Positions 29,122 through 39,904 of a stretch of DNA of 64,000 nt are shown here, in pieces. Positions within the stretch are counted from its first letter, which is position 1; the number at the start of each line of letters is the position of its first letter. This DNA is from Alkalispirochaeta sp. (GTDB lineage: Bacteria; Spirochaetota; Spirochaetia; DSM-27196; Alkalispirochaetaceae), in the NCBI GenBank assembly GCA_965242725.1, contig CBDESZ010000007.1, positions 73,578 through 137,577 of the forward strand, in the 5' to 3' direction. A model generated the notes under the pieces. The model did not search any database. It saw only the letters and a list, made by a program, of their open reading frames with translations, and was not told the origin of the DNA. The translations under genes were made by a program, and so were the position numbers.

Positions 29122-30163
29122 CCGGCGGCTCGACTATCCTCTCCCGGATCAGCGATGCCGCCGTCGCCAGGACCGCGTCGGGCGCTGCGATGAGCGAGCG
29201 CCCGAGAAGGGTTTCGGTGGGCGTGGAGTCAAGCTCCCTGCGGACGCCGAGATCCGCCAGGCCGGCGCGCAGGTCGGTATCAAAGAGGGCAAAGATGTGG
29301 ACCAGCCAGTTGGGCATTTTCCCCCGGGGTATGCCGCGCCGGAATTCCGGATGGGCCTCCCGCAGAACCTGCGCCGCCTCGTTGAGGAAGATTGAACGCT
29401 CACCGACGGGATAGCGGTGTCCCCCCGCGTCGGGCGTGGTCATTGCGGCACGGTGCGCGTCCGCAACGTCCCGCACATCCACGACAACAAAGGGCATTTG
29501 CGGCGCCGCGGGGATCGAGCCGTTCATGAGGCGTATGACCATCGTTGCGGAGGTCCCCGGGTCGTCATCCAGGAGGGGGCCAAGTATGGCGCTGGGGTTG
29601 ATCGTCGCCAGATCCCTCTCGCGGCCCGCCTCACGCATCAGCTCCCAGGCGCGCAGCTCGGCGCGCGTCTTTGACTCCACATATGCGTTGACGTCGGGTC
29701 CGTCCAGGTCTGTCCAGTCCGCTGCGGTGAAAGGCGCGGTTCTGCCTGTGCCGTGGCCATAGGCGATTGCAGCCATTGAGGAGGTGAGAACGATGCGCTC
29801 CACTCCCGCCGCAAGGGCCGCGTTTATCGCCCGTTCGGTACCCTCGACGGCGGGCCTGATCAGCTTTTCTTTATCCTTCGGCATGTCCAGGACAAAGGGC
29901 GACGCTACATGCTGGAGGAAGCGGCAGCCTGTCATCGCATCGGCCCACCCGGCGTCGGAGGTCAGGTCCAGTTCCACAAACTCCAGCCGGGTCACGTCGC
30001 AGCCGGCGCGTTTGAGGGTTGTCCGTACTTTCTCCGCCTTTTCAAGCGTTCTTACGCTGCCCCGTACGGTATAACCCGCGTCCAGCAATACCCGCGCTAC
30101 ATGCCCGCCGAGAAATCCGGAAACGCCCGTGACCAATACTCTGTCGCTTGCTCGGTCGCTCAT
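29111..30163 (-). CDS. Extended SDR, aldehyde reductase / dihydroflavonol-reductase-like
   Basis: TGVSGFLG, HVASP, TSS, YVESK. Confidence 0.92.
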   Translation of the reverse strand: MSDRASDRVLVTGVSGFLGGHVARVLLDAGYTVRGSVRTLEKAEKVRTTLKRAGCDVTRLEFVELDLTSDAGWADAMTGCRFLQHVASPFVLDMPKDKEKLIRPAVEGTERAINAALAAGVERIVLTSSMAAIAYGHGTGRTAPFTAADWTDLDGPDVNAYVESKTRAELRAWELMREAGRERDLATINPSAILGPLLDDDPGTSATMVIRLMNGSIPAAPQMPFVVVDVRDVADAHRAAMTTPDAGGHRYPVGERSIFLNEAAQVLREAHPEFRRGIPRGKMPNWLVHIFALFDTDLRAGLADLGVRRELDSTPTETLLGRSLIAAPDAVLATAASLIRERIVEPPVKK

Positions 30164-30318
30164 GATACCCCCCGTTTTTCCTGAGTTGGTTGTGAACCTG
30201 CTCCGGCCAAAACGGTAGGGCAGGATTCCCGAATGTTCAAGGGCAGGACGACCCGTTTCACCCGCCCGCCTTTGACCTCAGCCGCATCTATACCCATGTT
30301 TTAAGGGAAGAGGTTGAT

Positions 30319-33235
30319 ATGTTTACGTTTCTTGCAGTGGTATGGCTCATCATCGGCGCATTTCCCCTTGGGCGAACCCTGATTCGCTATGAAAAACTTG
30401 AAAAATCGGTTTTCAAGAGGCGAGTGGTTCGGGGGGGTGGCGATCCTTGGCACGTTTTTTCTGCTTCTCATCGCCGTGAATGTGGTCTTTTACATAACCA
30501 CCGAATATCTGTGGTTTGCGTCCCTCGGTTTCTCCAGTCGTTTCTGGATTGAGATCATCACCCGTCTTGCCCTCTTTGCGGCGGGCGGTGCCGTTGCAGG
30601 CATCTTCACCTATTTCAATTTGAAGATGGTCCACAAACGACTGCAGGTGTCGGGAATGCAATACCTCTCCCTTGCGGGATCTCTCGGCGTGGCGATCGTC
30701 TTTGGCCTCTGGGCCCTGGGCTGGTGGAATGAGGTGCTTCTGTACCTGAATCAGGCACCGTCGCCCGTATCCGACCCCGTCTTCAACAGGGGGACCGCCT
30801 TTTATCTCTTTACCCTGCCCCTCTATTCCCGCCTCCATACATGGCTCATGTTTCTTGTCGTCATCGCCGGTGCGGGCGTATTCGGGATGACGGGGCTTCA
30901 CTCTTCCCTGGCGCAACAGTCGGGACAGAGCGCGACGGAGCGGATTACCCGCTATCGTCCCATCCGCAAACAGCTCTCCCTCCTGGGCGGCCTGGTCCTT
31001 CTCCTCCTGGCGTGGGGCTACTACCTCAGGATCTTTCAGCTTCTCCACTCCACCAGCGGCGTCGTAACCGGCGCGGGATGGCTTGATATCCATGTACGCC
31101 GGCCCGCCTATATCGCATCGATCGTTATCTTCGTCGTCTCCGCCGCGCTGCTCTTCTGGAGCGCCTTCAGCGCGTCGGTGACGCGGCGACTGTTTTTTCT
31201 CAGGGAGAGCGGAGAAGATGGTCTGTATGTGCCAACCGGAAAGACGCTGATTCCCGTGGGGTCCGTGGTGGCTCTGCTCTTTGTCATCAACAGCGTGATA
31301 CCGGGCCTCTTCACGGCGCTCTATGTCGATCCCAATGAGATCACCCTTGAAGAGCCCTATATCGCCCACAATATTTCCTTTACCCAGCGGGCTTTCGGAT
31401 TGGAGGAGTCCCATATCGAACGTTCGACGATCCCCGTCAATCCCCGCATTGACGCCGGGACGATTGAACGGAATGAGGAGAGCCTGGAAAATATTAGGCT
31501 CTGGGACTGGCGGGCACTGCAGTCCAATTTGAGCCAGCGCCAGGAGATTCGTCTCTATTACCGCTTTCACGATATCGACATCGACCGGTATCGCATCAAC
31601 GGCGACTATCGGCAAATGATGCTCAGCCTCCGTGAGCTGGACAAGTCGGAGCTGCCAGAGAATGCCCAGACGTGGGTGAGCCGGCAGCTGAAGTATACCC
31701 ACGGCTACGGCATGGTGATGCTCCCGGCCAACGAGTTTCAGGCCGATGGACAGCCCAATCTGCTGATGCGCAATATTCCGGTGCAGCAGGATGCGGCGCT
31801 GCAGGAATCGGGGTTCAACCTGACCCGGCCCGAGATTTACTACGGCGAGCTCACCAACGATCATGTCTATGTTCGCACCACGGAAGAGGAGTTTGATTAT
31901 CCCGGAGAAGATGAAAACGTATTCGTCACCTATGAAGGTGACGGCGGTGTGCCCATCGACGGCCTGCTCAAGCGCTTCATCTTTGCCTGGAAGTATGACG
32001 GCGCCAGACAGTTCTTTTCCGGCTACTTTACCCCGGAATCGCGGATCATGTTTCATCGGGAAATCAGTCGGCGTCTCTCCCGGGTTGCGCCGTTCCTCCT
32101 GCAGGACAGCGATCCCTACCCCTTTGTGACCGACGACGGGCGCATCAAGTTCATCGTCGACACCTACATCGTGTCGTCCGATTATCCCTATTCGGAGCGG
32201 TATTTCGGCCGCGTTGAGCAGTTCAATGGCGCTAACTATGTACGCAACTCGGTGAAAGCGGTCATTGACGCCTATGACGGCTCGGTGGAACTCTATGTGA
32301 CCGATCCGGATGACATCATCATCCGGAGTTATCGCGACGCCTTTCCCGGCCTCTTCAGGGACCTTGACGATATGCCGGCGCCGGTGCGCGACCATATCCG
32401 CTACCCCGGTGACTATCTCACCGCCCAGGCGGAGGTGTACCGGGTGTACCACATGAACGATCCGAGAACCTTTTATCAGCGCGAGGATGTCTGGGAGTTT
32501 GCGACGGAGCGCTACAATGAAGATTTTCAGGACGTGATACCCTACTACATCATGCTCCGGTTTCCCGGGGGAGATCTGGAGTTTGTCCTCATGCTGCCCT
32601 TTACACCGCTGGACCGGAATGTCATGAACGCCTGGATGGCGGGGCACGCCGACGCACCGAACTATGGAGACCTGACGGTTTATACCTTCCCGAAGGGTGT
32701 TGAAGTCCTCGGTCCGCGGCAGATAGAGGCGCGGGTGGACCAGAATGCCCAAATGTCACAGCAGCTCAGTCTCTGGGATCAGCGCGGTTCAAACATCATC
32801 CGGGGCAACCTGCTCACGGTTCCCCTCTTTCGGGGCAATGAACTTTCAATTCTCTTTGCGGAACCGATCTTTCTTGAGGCAACCGGTGCTGAACTTCCGG
32901 AGATCAGACGCATCATCCTTGCCGATCAGGACAACGTCTTCTGGTCACCGAATCTGGAAGGGACGCTGAATATGCTCATCGGCAGAGAGGTCCTTGAGGC
33001 GCCCGGTGGAGGAGCCGCAGGTGCCGCAGGAAGGTCGGCAGGAGCGGGCGCTCTGCAGCCGCGGCTGCAGGGGCTCATCGACGATGCGGTGGAGGCGTTC
33101 AACCGGTACCGGCAGGATCTCGCCGAGGGCAGCTTCCGGTCCGCCGGAGAAGCGCTGGACACCCTGAGCGATCTTATCAACGAGATCGAATCGTCATCGG
33201 CGGCGGGGCCCGCGGCGGCGGGAGGCGACAACTGA
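30319..33235 (+). CDS. UPF0182 family membrane protein; apparent +1 frameshift at G7 run 30431-30437
   Basis: NIRLWD, YYRF.DIDIDRY, YTHGYG, PEIYYGE, NYVRNSVK; removing one G joins the RBS-preceded ORF at 30319 to the 30389..33235 frame. Confidence 0.9.
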
Positions 33236-33332
33236 GGCTGAGCGGCGGCAGGCGCGTAGCGGCCGGGCCCGCATCAACTGACGGGGGCCGGGCCTACGGC
33301 GACGGGCCCGCGGCAACATGCGCCGGCCGGCG

Positions 33333-34283
33333 TTAGATAGACTCCAGAACGGTCCGGACGTCGCGGTGCACGCCGTCGTCCCCTCCAATGAGCTCCAAGA
33401 GCTCCCGGGCAAGATGGCGCATTTCCGCTCTGGCCGTATTGGCGTGTCCCGCAAGTGCAATTGCTCCAAAGGGACTTTCAAGGACGTCCGCGAATTTCTT
33501 CGTCCCCAGGACGGCGGTAATTCGGGGAAAGAGACGCAGCGGTCGAAGTCGCGCCGGGAGGACGGGATAGCCCCGCCGTTTCACGCCCCGGAGGGCAAAA
33601 CCGACGGTCTTCATCGCCTTCATGAGATATTCCCGGTCCGCCGCGGCGGCGTTCAGGTCGCCGTCATGGCGATACAGGGCGGCGGCCATGGGCGTGATCA
33701 GGGCGACGTGACAGAGATGCCACGCCAGGATGGGGCGATAGGGCACTACCTTCAGTCCGTACGCCGCCATGGATTCCTTGAGGCGGGTCCAGGCACCGGC
33801 GGATTCAGGAAACGCCTCGGCACCGATCGGTCTGTCAAAGGGCGCATCGTCGGGAGTGAACCGATCGGCGTAGACGAGGACATCACCATCCCAGGTGCCG
33901 CCCACATCGGGAAACCCGCCGATGACGCGGTCCGTACCCAGCAGGCGTCCCGCCTCGTCATAGCCACGGACGGAGTTTCCCAGGAACCACACGATCGGTC
34001 GCCCCTGAATTGCCGACACCACGTGCTCCACCGCCGGCCGGTGGATCGCCTGCACGCAGACCATGACGAGGTCACACGATAAAGGTGACCCTTCCCGGAC
34101 AACGGGGAGGCGCACGGTCCGTTCTGCACCGCTGATGCCGTCCCGCAGCCGCAGCCCCTCCCGCTCCAGGCGATCAGCCTTGTCGCCGCGTGCCAACAGG
34201 GAGACGTCGGCGCCCCGGTCAAAGAGACGGGCCGCCGAGTAGCATCCCGTTACGCCGGCGCCTATGACGAGAATTCTGTTCAT
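33333..34283 (-). CDS. Ketopantoate reductase-like (PanE/ApbA family) protein
   Basis: ILVIGAGVTG, LLARG Rossmann fold. Confidence 0.8.
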   Translation of the reverse strand: MNRILVIGAGVTGCYSAARLFDRGADVSLLARGDKADRLEREGLRLRDGISGAERTVRLPVVREGSPLSCDLVMVCVQAIHRPAVEHVVSAIQGRPIVWFLGNSVRGYDEAGRLLGTDRVIGGFPDVGGTWDGDVLVYADRFTPDDAPFDRPIGAEAFPESAGAWTRLKESMAAYGLKVVPYRPILAWHLCHVALITPMAAALYRHDGDLNAAAADREYLMKAMKTVGFALRGVKRRGYPVLPARLRPLRLFPRITAVLGTKKFADVLESPFGAIALAGHANTARAEMRHLARELLELIGGDDGVHRDVRTVLESI

Positions 34284-34342
34284 ATCTCATACTCCTGAGG
34301 AAAAGACGCGCTTTTCCCTGCATCGTCCCGTTTGCCCGCTCG

Positions 34343-35323
34343 TTATCCGTCCTGCCCCTCCCCGGGAGGGTTGAACAGCAATCTGTACACGCGGTCCCGT
34401 GACGACTCGCGGATACTGCCGTACTTCACGTGAATGGTGGAGCCGCCCCGGGAGGTGCGGACCACCGTCGCGATCAGGTTGAGAGAACGATCGCCGTCGG
34501 GATGGAAGGTCAGTTCCACCGTATCTCCCGGGGAAAACCGTTTGTCCGGATTCTCGATACTCGCGCCGCCGCCGCCGATATCGATGAACTGCGACAGCAC
34601 CGCCTCGTCGTTCCGGCTGGCACTGGATATGTACACCGGCAGGCGTATCTCCCGGCGATAATGGGCGCGCTGTTGCACGCCGTGAATTTCTTCGGAGTGC
34701 TGTAACTGCACCTCCTCACCGTTGCGCAGGAGCACCGCCGAGTCAAACTCAAAGACGCCGGCGTCGTTCTGGTAGACCACGTGGACAAAACTGCCTTCGG
34801 TGAGGGGTGTATCGGGTCCGTCAAGTCGGACCCGGAGCGCGTCGGTCTGCGCCTGAATCACCTGACCATGAACCGGCGTCCGCCGTGGTTTCTGGATGAG
34901 AAGCGCCGCACCTGGAGGTATCTCGACACTTGACTGCGGCCGCAGACCCAGGGGTTTGCCGGTGAAACCGAGCTTCACCCGCAATGACGAGACGTCGCCC
35001 GACGATACCTCCCCGTCGTCGAGGGCGAGCGTCGCCGCCTGGTTGAAGGCACCCTGACTCTGGAGCAGAACGTGACGGGCCGTACGCCGACGGAGGTAGC
35101 CCGCGAGAATCTCCACAACGCGCTCCTCATAGGGCGTCAGCCCGCTCTGCCGCACCAGCTCCTCGTAGCGCTCCGCGTCCTCCCGGGCGTGGCGTTGCCG
35201 CGCCTTGTTTCTTCGTCGTACATAGTACCCGATGAGCAGCGCGACCACGCCGACGAGGATGACAACAAAGACGATGATTTCTATAAGTGGAGTTTCGAAA
35301 CCGGTGGCGAGCGACGTTCCCAT
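34343..35323 (-). CDS. Membrane-anchored PilZ-domain (YcgR-like) c-di-GMP receptor
   Basis: N-terminal TM helix; QQRAHYR (RxxxR) and DIGGGG (D/NxSxxG-like). Confidence 0.85.
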   Translation of the reverse strand: MGTSLATGFETPLIEIIVFVVILVGVVALLIGYYVRRRNKARQRHAREDAERYEELVRQSGLTPYEERVVEILAGYLRRRTARHVLLQSQGAFNQAATLALDDGEVSSGDVSSLRVKLGFTGKPLGLRPQSSVEIPPGAALLIQKPRRTPVHGQVIQAQTDALRVRLDGPDTPLTEGSFVHVVYQNDAGVFEFDSAVLLRNGEEVQLQHSEEIHGVQQRAHYRREIRLPVYISSASRNDEAVLSQFIDIGGGGASIENPDKRFSPGDTVELTFHPDGDRSLNLIATVVRTSRGGSTIHVKYGSIRESSRDRVYRLLFNPPGEGQDG

Positions 35324-35379
35324 GAAAAGACCCTCCTTCAATCGTATGGAGGGAAGGTGAAAAGGTCAAACCGCGGAGC

Positions 35380-36357
35380 CTACCAGAAGAGCAGGACCGC
35401 GCCTCCCACTGCCAGCACCGTTCCTGCATAGGCGCCGAAGGGCAGTCGCTTTTGAAAGATGAATCGGTCGACCGGGAGAAGGAGAATGGGACTTGTCTGC
35501 ATGATTGTCGTGACGATGCCCACCGGGGCGAGACGCAGGGCATAGAGAGTAAGGATAATGCCCAGGACCGGCCCCACCAGCGCCCCGGAAGCGGTCAGCA
35601 ACAGTGCCTTTCGGTCCCGCATTTTCCTGAAATCCCTGATGAAGCCGCCGCCGGCGATACGGAATACGATCAGGCCCGCCAGTCCCGCGGTAATGCGGAT
35701 CAGATTTGCCGACATGGGATGGACCGCCGCACCGATCCCCTGCTTTGCCAGCACCATTCCCGCCGCCTGCGCGGCGGCGCCCAGGAGGGCAAAGACAAAT
35801 CCCGTTACCCGGTGACCGGATACTGCCTGCGGGAACGTCCCCGCCGGTCGTGAACCGGCGTCGCCGGGACCGATGGCGAGATCCGCACCGCTCCGGGTCC
35901 GTGCACTGCGGGGACTCCGGCGGTTTTCCGCAAATACAACCCACGCAATGCCGAGAATGGTGACTGCAATCCCGGCGAGCTCCAGCAGCTCCAGCCGTTC
36001 ATGAAGGGAAAACCACGAGAGTGCGGTTGCAAAAATGGGCGAGAGGGTCATGATCACCAGCGTCTCCCGGTGACCGATCTCAACAAACCCGCGAAAAATG
36101 AAGAGGTCGGCCACGCAGAATCCGAGAAGCCCCGACAGAGAGAGCGTGATGAACCCGGAGAGCGTCACATGTGTCGGGACGAGGGTGCCGGTAAAAACCG
36201 CATGCACAACCACCATCACCGGCAGGGCGATCCACAGGCGGACGTGGGTAACCGGCACCGATCCTACCCGCCTGCCGGCCGTGGAGTAGACGATTGAGTT
36301 CTGGGCCCAGCAGGCGGCGGTGGCGAGGGCAAAAAGCTGTCCGAGAACGGTACTCAC
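35380..36357 (-). CDS. DMT/EamA family transporter
   Basis: Two EamA-like repeats, ~10 TM segments. Confidence 0.9.
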   Translation of the reverse strand: MSTVLGQLFALATAACWAQNSIVYSTAGRRVGSVPVTHVRLWIALPVMVVVHAVFTGTLVPTHVTLSGFITLSLSGLLGFCVADLFIFRGFVEIGHRETLVIMTLSPIFATALSWFSLHERLELLELAGIAVTILGIAWVVFAENRRSPRSARTRSGADLAIGPGDAGSRPAGTFPQAVSGHRVTGFVFALLGAAAQAAGMVLAKQGIGAAVHPMSANLIRITAGLAGLIVFRIAGGGFIRDFRKMRDRKALLLTASGALVGPVLGIILTLYALRLAPVGIVTTIMQTSPILLLPVDRFIFQKRLPFGAYAGTVLAVGGAVLLFW

Positions 36358-36411
36358 AGGGGAACACTCCTATTCCACGGGAATCATATCGTGGGCGGAG
36401 TGTATCATATT

Positions 36412-37263
36412 TCAGACTTCTATCCCGCGATCCCGTATCTCCACCGCTGTACCGGAGACGACGATTCCACCGGAAACGGGAACATCTACGGTCAACGTGC
36501 TCGGACGCCCCATCGCAACGCCCTGTCGGACGGTAAATGAACACGGCGGCGTGACCAGTTCGGCTTCACGCAGGTACCCGCCCAGGGCGGCAGCGGCGGC
36601 TCCGGTGGCGGGGTCCTCAACGACTCCGCCGACGGGGAAAGGGTTCCGGGAATGAACGAGAGTCTCCGATTCCCGGTACATCAGCTGCAGCGTGGTGAGA
36701 TTTTCCCGTTCCATGATCGTTCGTACTGCTTCAAAGTTGTAGCTCAGGCTGTCGAGTATTTCGGGCCGTTTCACCGCCAGTATCAGATGCCACGCCCCGG
36801 CATACCCGATGACCGGCGGTATCGACGGATCAAGGACATGTCGGTCCCAGTTGAGAGGAAGAAGGACCTCATCGATCAGCTCCGGCGATGCTTCACGGGT
36901 TTCGGGTTCCACCGATCTCAACGCCGCTTCAAACCGCCCGGCCCGCCGTCGGGTCGTTACGGTAACCGTGCCCGCCGGCGTTTTGAAATCAAATGGTCCC
37001 GATTCTCCCAGCTCCGCCAGCACCACTCCGGACGCGATCGTCGCGTGACCGCAGAAGGTGACCTCCTTTTCCGGGCTGAAGTAGCGGACCCTTCGCTGCG
37101 ACCCCGAAGAGGGGGTGATGAACGCAGTCTCCGAGTAACCAACCTCTTTGGCGATAGCCTGCATCTTCTCATCGTCGGGAAAGCTCTCGCCGATCCAGAT
37201 TCCCGCGGGATTACCCCCTGCCGGGTCGGTCGTAAATGCGGAATATCTGAATAGTTTTTCCAC
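36412..37263 (-). CDS. PhzF-family isomerase
   Basis: GGNPAG, SETAF, FCGHAT, EDPATG, QG..MGRPS. Confidence 0.95.
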   Translation of the reverse strand: MEKLFRYSAFTTDPAGGNPAGIWIGESFPDDEKMQAIAKEVGYSETAFITPSSGSQRRVRYFSPEKEVTFCGHATIASGVVLAELGESGPFDFKTPAGTVTVTTRRRAGRFEAALRSVEPETREASPELIDEVLLPLNWDRHVLDPSIPPVIGYAGAWHLILAVKRPEILDSLSYNFEAVRTIMERENLTTLQLMYRESETLVHSRNPFPVGGVVEDPATGAAAAALGGYLREAELVTPPCSFTVRQGVAMGRPSTLTVDVPVSGGIVVSGTAVEIRDRGIEV

Positions 37264-37330
37264 CGGTTTCTTCCTCCGAATGGTAGAAATTAGCGACCTT
37301 TCACCGACAAGACAACGTCTGGTCGCGCGA

Positions 37331-37654
37331 CTATGGCCGCCCGAAGAATACGGTGACTTCCTGCAGGAGACCGTCTTCGATTACAAAGTGCTCAATATTC
37401 TGCACCCGTTGCCCATTGACGACATTTGCATACCGGACAAACACGTCACGACCGTCGGCAAGTATCGTGTGGATATTGAATTTCCCCAGGCTCCGGATCG
37501 AGTCCCAGCATCGCGTCTTGTAGGTATCGAGACCGATGTGATCGTCGTACTGGCTGGTAAAGGTGAAATTTTCAGACAGGAGCGCCCGTGCGGCGTCCCA
37601 ATCGCGATCCTCCCACGCCATAAAATAGGTGCGGATAGTCGATTTGCGATCCAT
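37331..37654 (-). CDS. SnoaL/NTF2-like protein
   Basis: YF.AW...D.D....LLSENFTFTS pattern. Confidence 0.8.
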   Translation of the reverse strand: MDRKSTIRTYFMAWEDRDWDAARALLSENFTFTSQYDDHIGLDTYKTRCWDSIRSLGKFNIHTILADGRDVFVRYANVVNGQRVQNIEHFVIEDGLLQEVTVFFGRP

Positions 37655-37670
37655 AGTTCTTCCCCTTACG

Positions 37671-39017
37671 TCAATCAGCCCGGGAAGGGCGTTGCGATCT
37701 ATGCTCTCCCAGCTTCTCCAGCTCCCTCAGGCGACGTTCAAGGAATCTTCGCTCCGGCTCCTGTCGGACGAGCTTCAATGCCTGTCGATAGGCGACTCGG
37801 GCGCCGGCGACGTCGCCTTCCCGTCTCATGAGATCAGCCTGTGCCGCGTGGGCGAGGTAGTATCCGGAGAGGTCGCCCCGTTCCAGAATTCCCTTCACCA
37901 GAGTAATTCCCGCGGCGGGAGTATCCCTCATAGCAACCGCCACGGCGCGGTTGAGCTCCACCACCGGTGAGGGAGTCACCGTCAGGAGCATATCGTAGAG
38001 CGTGACGATCCGCCCCCAGTCGGTATCCTCCGGGCGTCGTGCGAGGGCATGGGTCGCGGCAATCGCCGCCTGCAGGGTGTATCCCCCGAGGCGGCGGGAA
38101 GCGAGCGCCTTTTCGACATAGGACAGTCCCTCGTCTATGCATTTCCGGTCCCACCGCGACCGATCCTGCTCTTCCAGGAGCACAATGTCACCGTGTTCGT
38201 CGGTGCGGGTACTTCGGCGGGAGTCGTGGAGCAGCATCAGTGCGAGCAATCCCATGGCTTCCGGGTCCGGCAGCAGTTCAACGAGATGTCGCGCCAGACG
38301 GATTGCCTCTCCGGTAAGGTCCACCCGCATCACCTGCGGCCCCGCGGAGGTGGAATAGCCCTCATTGAAGACGAGATAGATAACCTGCAGGACGGTATCC
38401 ATCCGTCCGTGCAGTTCCGCCGCGGGGGGCAACTCGATCGGTAGATTTCGGTCACGAATCCGTGCCTTCGCCCTCACGATACGCTGTGCCACGGTGGAAG
38501 TTCTGGTCAGGTAGGCCTGGGCGATTTCCTCAGTGGTCAGCCCGCACACCTCCCGCAGGGTAAGGGCCACCCGACCCTCCACGGGAATGTCGGGATGGCA
38601 ACAGACAAAGATAAGCCGCAGCTGATCATCGGGAACCTCCTCGAGCATTGCACGCTCTTCCGGTTTCGAACCCTCCGGTGCAGCCAGCGTATCTTCCCGC
38701 TCACCAAGGGCCTCAATACGACTGCGACGACGGATTGTATCGATCGCCTTGAAGCGGCCCGCGGAGACCAGCCACGCCCGGGGGTTGTCGGGGACGCCGT
38801 CACGGGGCCACTGTTCCACCGCCGCACGGAACGCCTCGTGGAGTGCCTCTTCCGCGAGATCCAGATCGCGGAGCTGCCGTACCAGCGTCGCCAGTATCCG
38901 GCGTGACTCTTCCCGGTAGATCCGATCCACCCGGTCCCGGACGATCCTCCCATCGATCATGTCGGGACTCATGTCGGGACCGGCGACCGGTGGACCGCCG
39001 GCGTCAGAGTTCTTCAT
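37671..39017 (-). CDS. ECF sigma factor with C-terminal TPR extension (ECF42-like)
   Basis: AEEAL.EAF..AVEQWP.DGVP.NPRAWL, LRLIF.CCHP, YLVFNEGY, TDW.RIV.LY. Confidence 0.93.
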   Translation of the reverse strand: MKNSDAGGPPVAGPDMSPDMIDGRIVRDRVDRIYREESRRILATLVRQLRDLDLAEEALHEAFRAAVEQWPRDGVPDNPRAWLVSAGRFKAIDTIRRRSRIEALGEREDTLAAPEGSKPEERAMLEEVPDDQLRLIFVCCHPDIPVEGRVALTLREVCGLTTEEIAQAYLTRTSTVAQRIVRAKARIRDRNLPIELPPAAELHGRMDTVLQVIYLVFNEGYSTSAGPQVMRVDLTGEAIRLARHLVELLPDPEAMGLLALMLLHDSRRSTRTDEHGDIVLLEEQDRSRWDRKCIDEGLSYVEKALASRRLGGYTLQAAIAATHALARRPEDTDWGRIVTLYDMLLTVTPSPVVELNRAVAVAMRDTPAAGITLVKGILERGDLSGYYLAHAAQADLMRREGDVAGARVAYRQALKLVRQEPERRFLERRLRELEKLGEHRSQRPSRAD

Positions 39018-39372
39018 AGTGCTCGATCGGCCGGACTTCCACGGCCCAGCCCAGCTCCTCGCCGATGTTCGCGGCGGGGTGTTTGGAAGCGACCCGGACC
39101 GCGTCGTTCAAGTCGCGAGCCTCCACGAGAAAGAAGGAACCCACCTGTTCTTTCGTCTCCACAAAGGGCCCGTCGGTGACGCCGGTCGCACCGTCTCGAT
39201 GGCGGATGGTCATCACACTCCCGTCAACAAGGGACGCCACGGCGCGGAGCTGTCCGCTGGAGCGGAGCTCCCGATCCAGGGGCCCGCACCGTCGAATGAT
39301 GGATTCCATCTCCGCAGGCGGATACGCCGCATAGGCCTCGATATCGTAGTAGGCAAGACAGAGGTATTTCAT
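39004..39372 (-). CDS. YciI/DGPF family protein
   Basis: TDGPFVETKE, VEVRP. Confidence 0.92.
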   Translation of the reverse strand: MKYLCLAYYDIEAYAAYPPAEMESIIRRCGPLDRELRSSGQLRAVASLVDGSVMTIRHRDGATGVTDGPFVETKEQVGSFFLVEARDLNDAVRVASKHPAANIGEELGWAVEVRPIEHYEEL

Positions 39373-39809
39373 ACCGATCGCTCTGATTTCTGCCGTTCAA
39401 GTTCTTCCCGAATGCGGTCCTCCCGTTCCCGCAGTTCCGGGGTAAACTCCTCGCCGAAATCTTCGGGACCGTAGAGGGGTCGGATTTCAAGTTCACCTCC
39501 GTCATTCATCGGATTGGGACATTTCCTGGCCCACTTCACCGCCTCTTCCATTGACGAGACGTTCCACAGCCAGAAACCCGCTACCAGCTCCTTGGTCTCC
39601 GCAAAGGGTCCGTCCACCACGGCCCGCTCCTCTCCGGTAAAGCGAATCCGTTTCCCCTCGGAGCTCGGCTTCAACCCCTCGCCGTCGACGAGGATTCCCG
39701 CGTTCACCAGTTCCTCGTTGTAGGCGGTCATCGCCGCGATGAGTTCTTCACGGGGCATGATCCCCGCCTCGGAATCCGGGGTGGCCTTTACAAATACAAT
39801 CACTTTCAT
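39369..39809 (-). CDS. YciI/DGPF family protein
   Basis: AGGAGG RBS, VDGPFAETKELVAGFW, EIRP. Confidence 0.93.
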   Translation of the reverse strand: MKVIVFVKATPDSEAGIMPREELIAAMTAYNEELVNAGILVDGEGLKPSSEGKRIRFTGEERAVVDGPFAETKELVAGFWLWNVSSMEEAVKWARKCPNPMNDGGELEIRPLYGPEDFGEEFTPELREREDRIREELERQKSERSV

Positions 39810-39827
39810 AGTGCCTCCTGCTCCATG

Positions 39828-39854
39828 GTCGAAACGCGGCGGGTAATTTCGACA
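39828..39854 (-). promoter_or_regulatory. ECF42-type promoter
   Basis: Minus strand TGTCGA-N17-CGAC, 18 nt upstream of the first DGPF gene. Confidence 0.75.
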
Positions 39855-39904
39855 TAAATCGTCATAATTAATGATACGACCGGTACCGGCAGGGACGCAA
39901 CGGA

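Noticed and set aside
30216..30228. TAGGGCAGGATTC, 12/13 identical to the candidate WYL site at 11299
   Set aside because: Only half the palindrome is present and it overlaps a likely promoter spacer; chance cannot be excluded.
30413..32752. Long antisense ORFs (779 aa here; also 9676..11100, 46186..47487 and others)
   Set aside because: Shadows of GC-rich coding genes on the opposite strand, with no motifs or RBS.
36412..37263. Phenazine biosynthesis cluster
   Set aside because: Stand-alone PhzF-family gene; no other phz genes.
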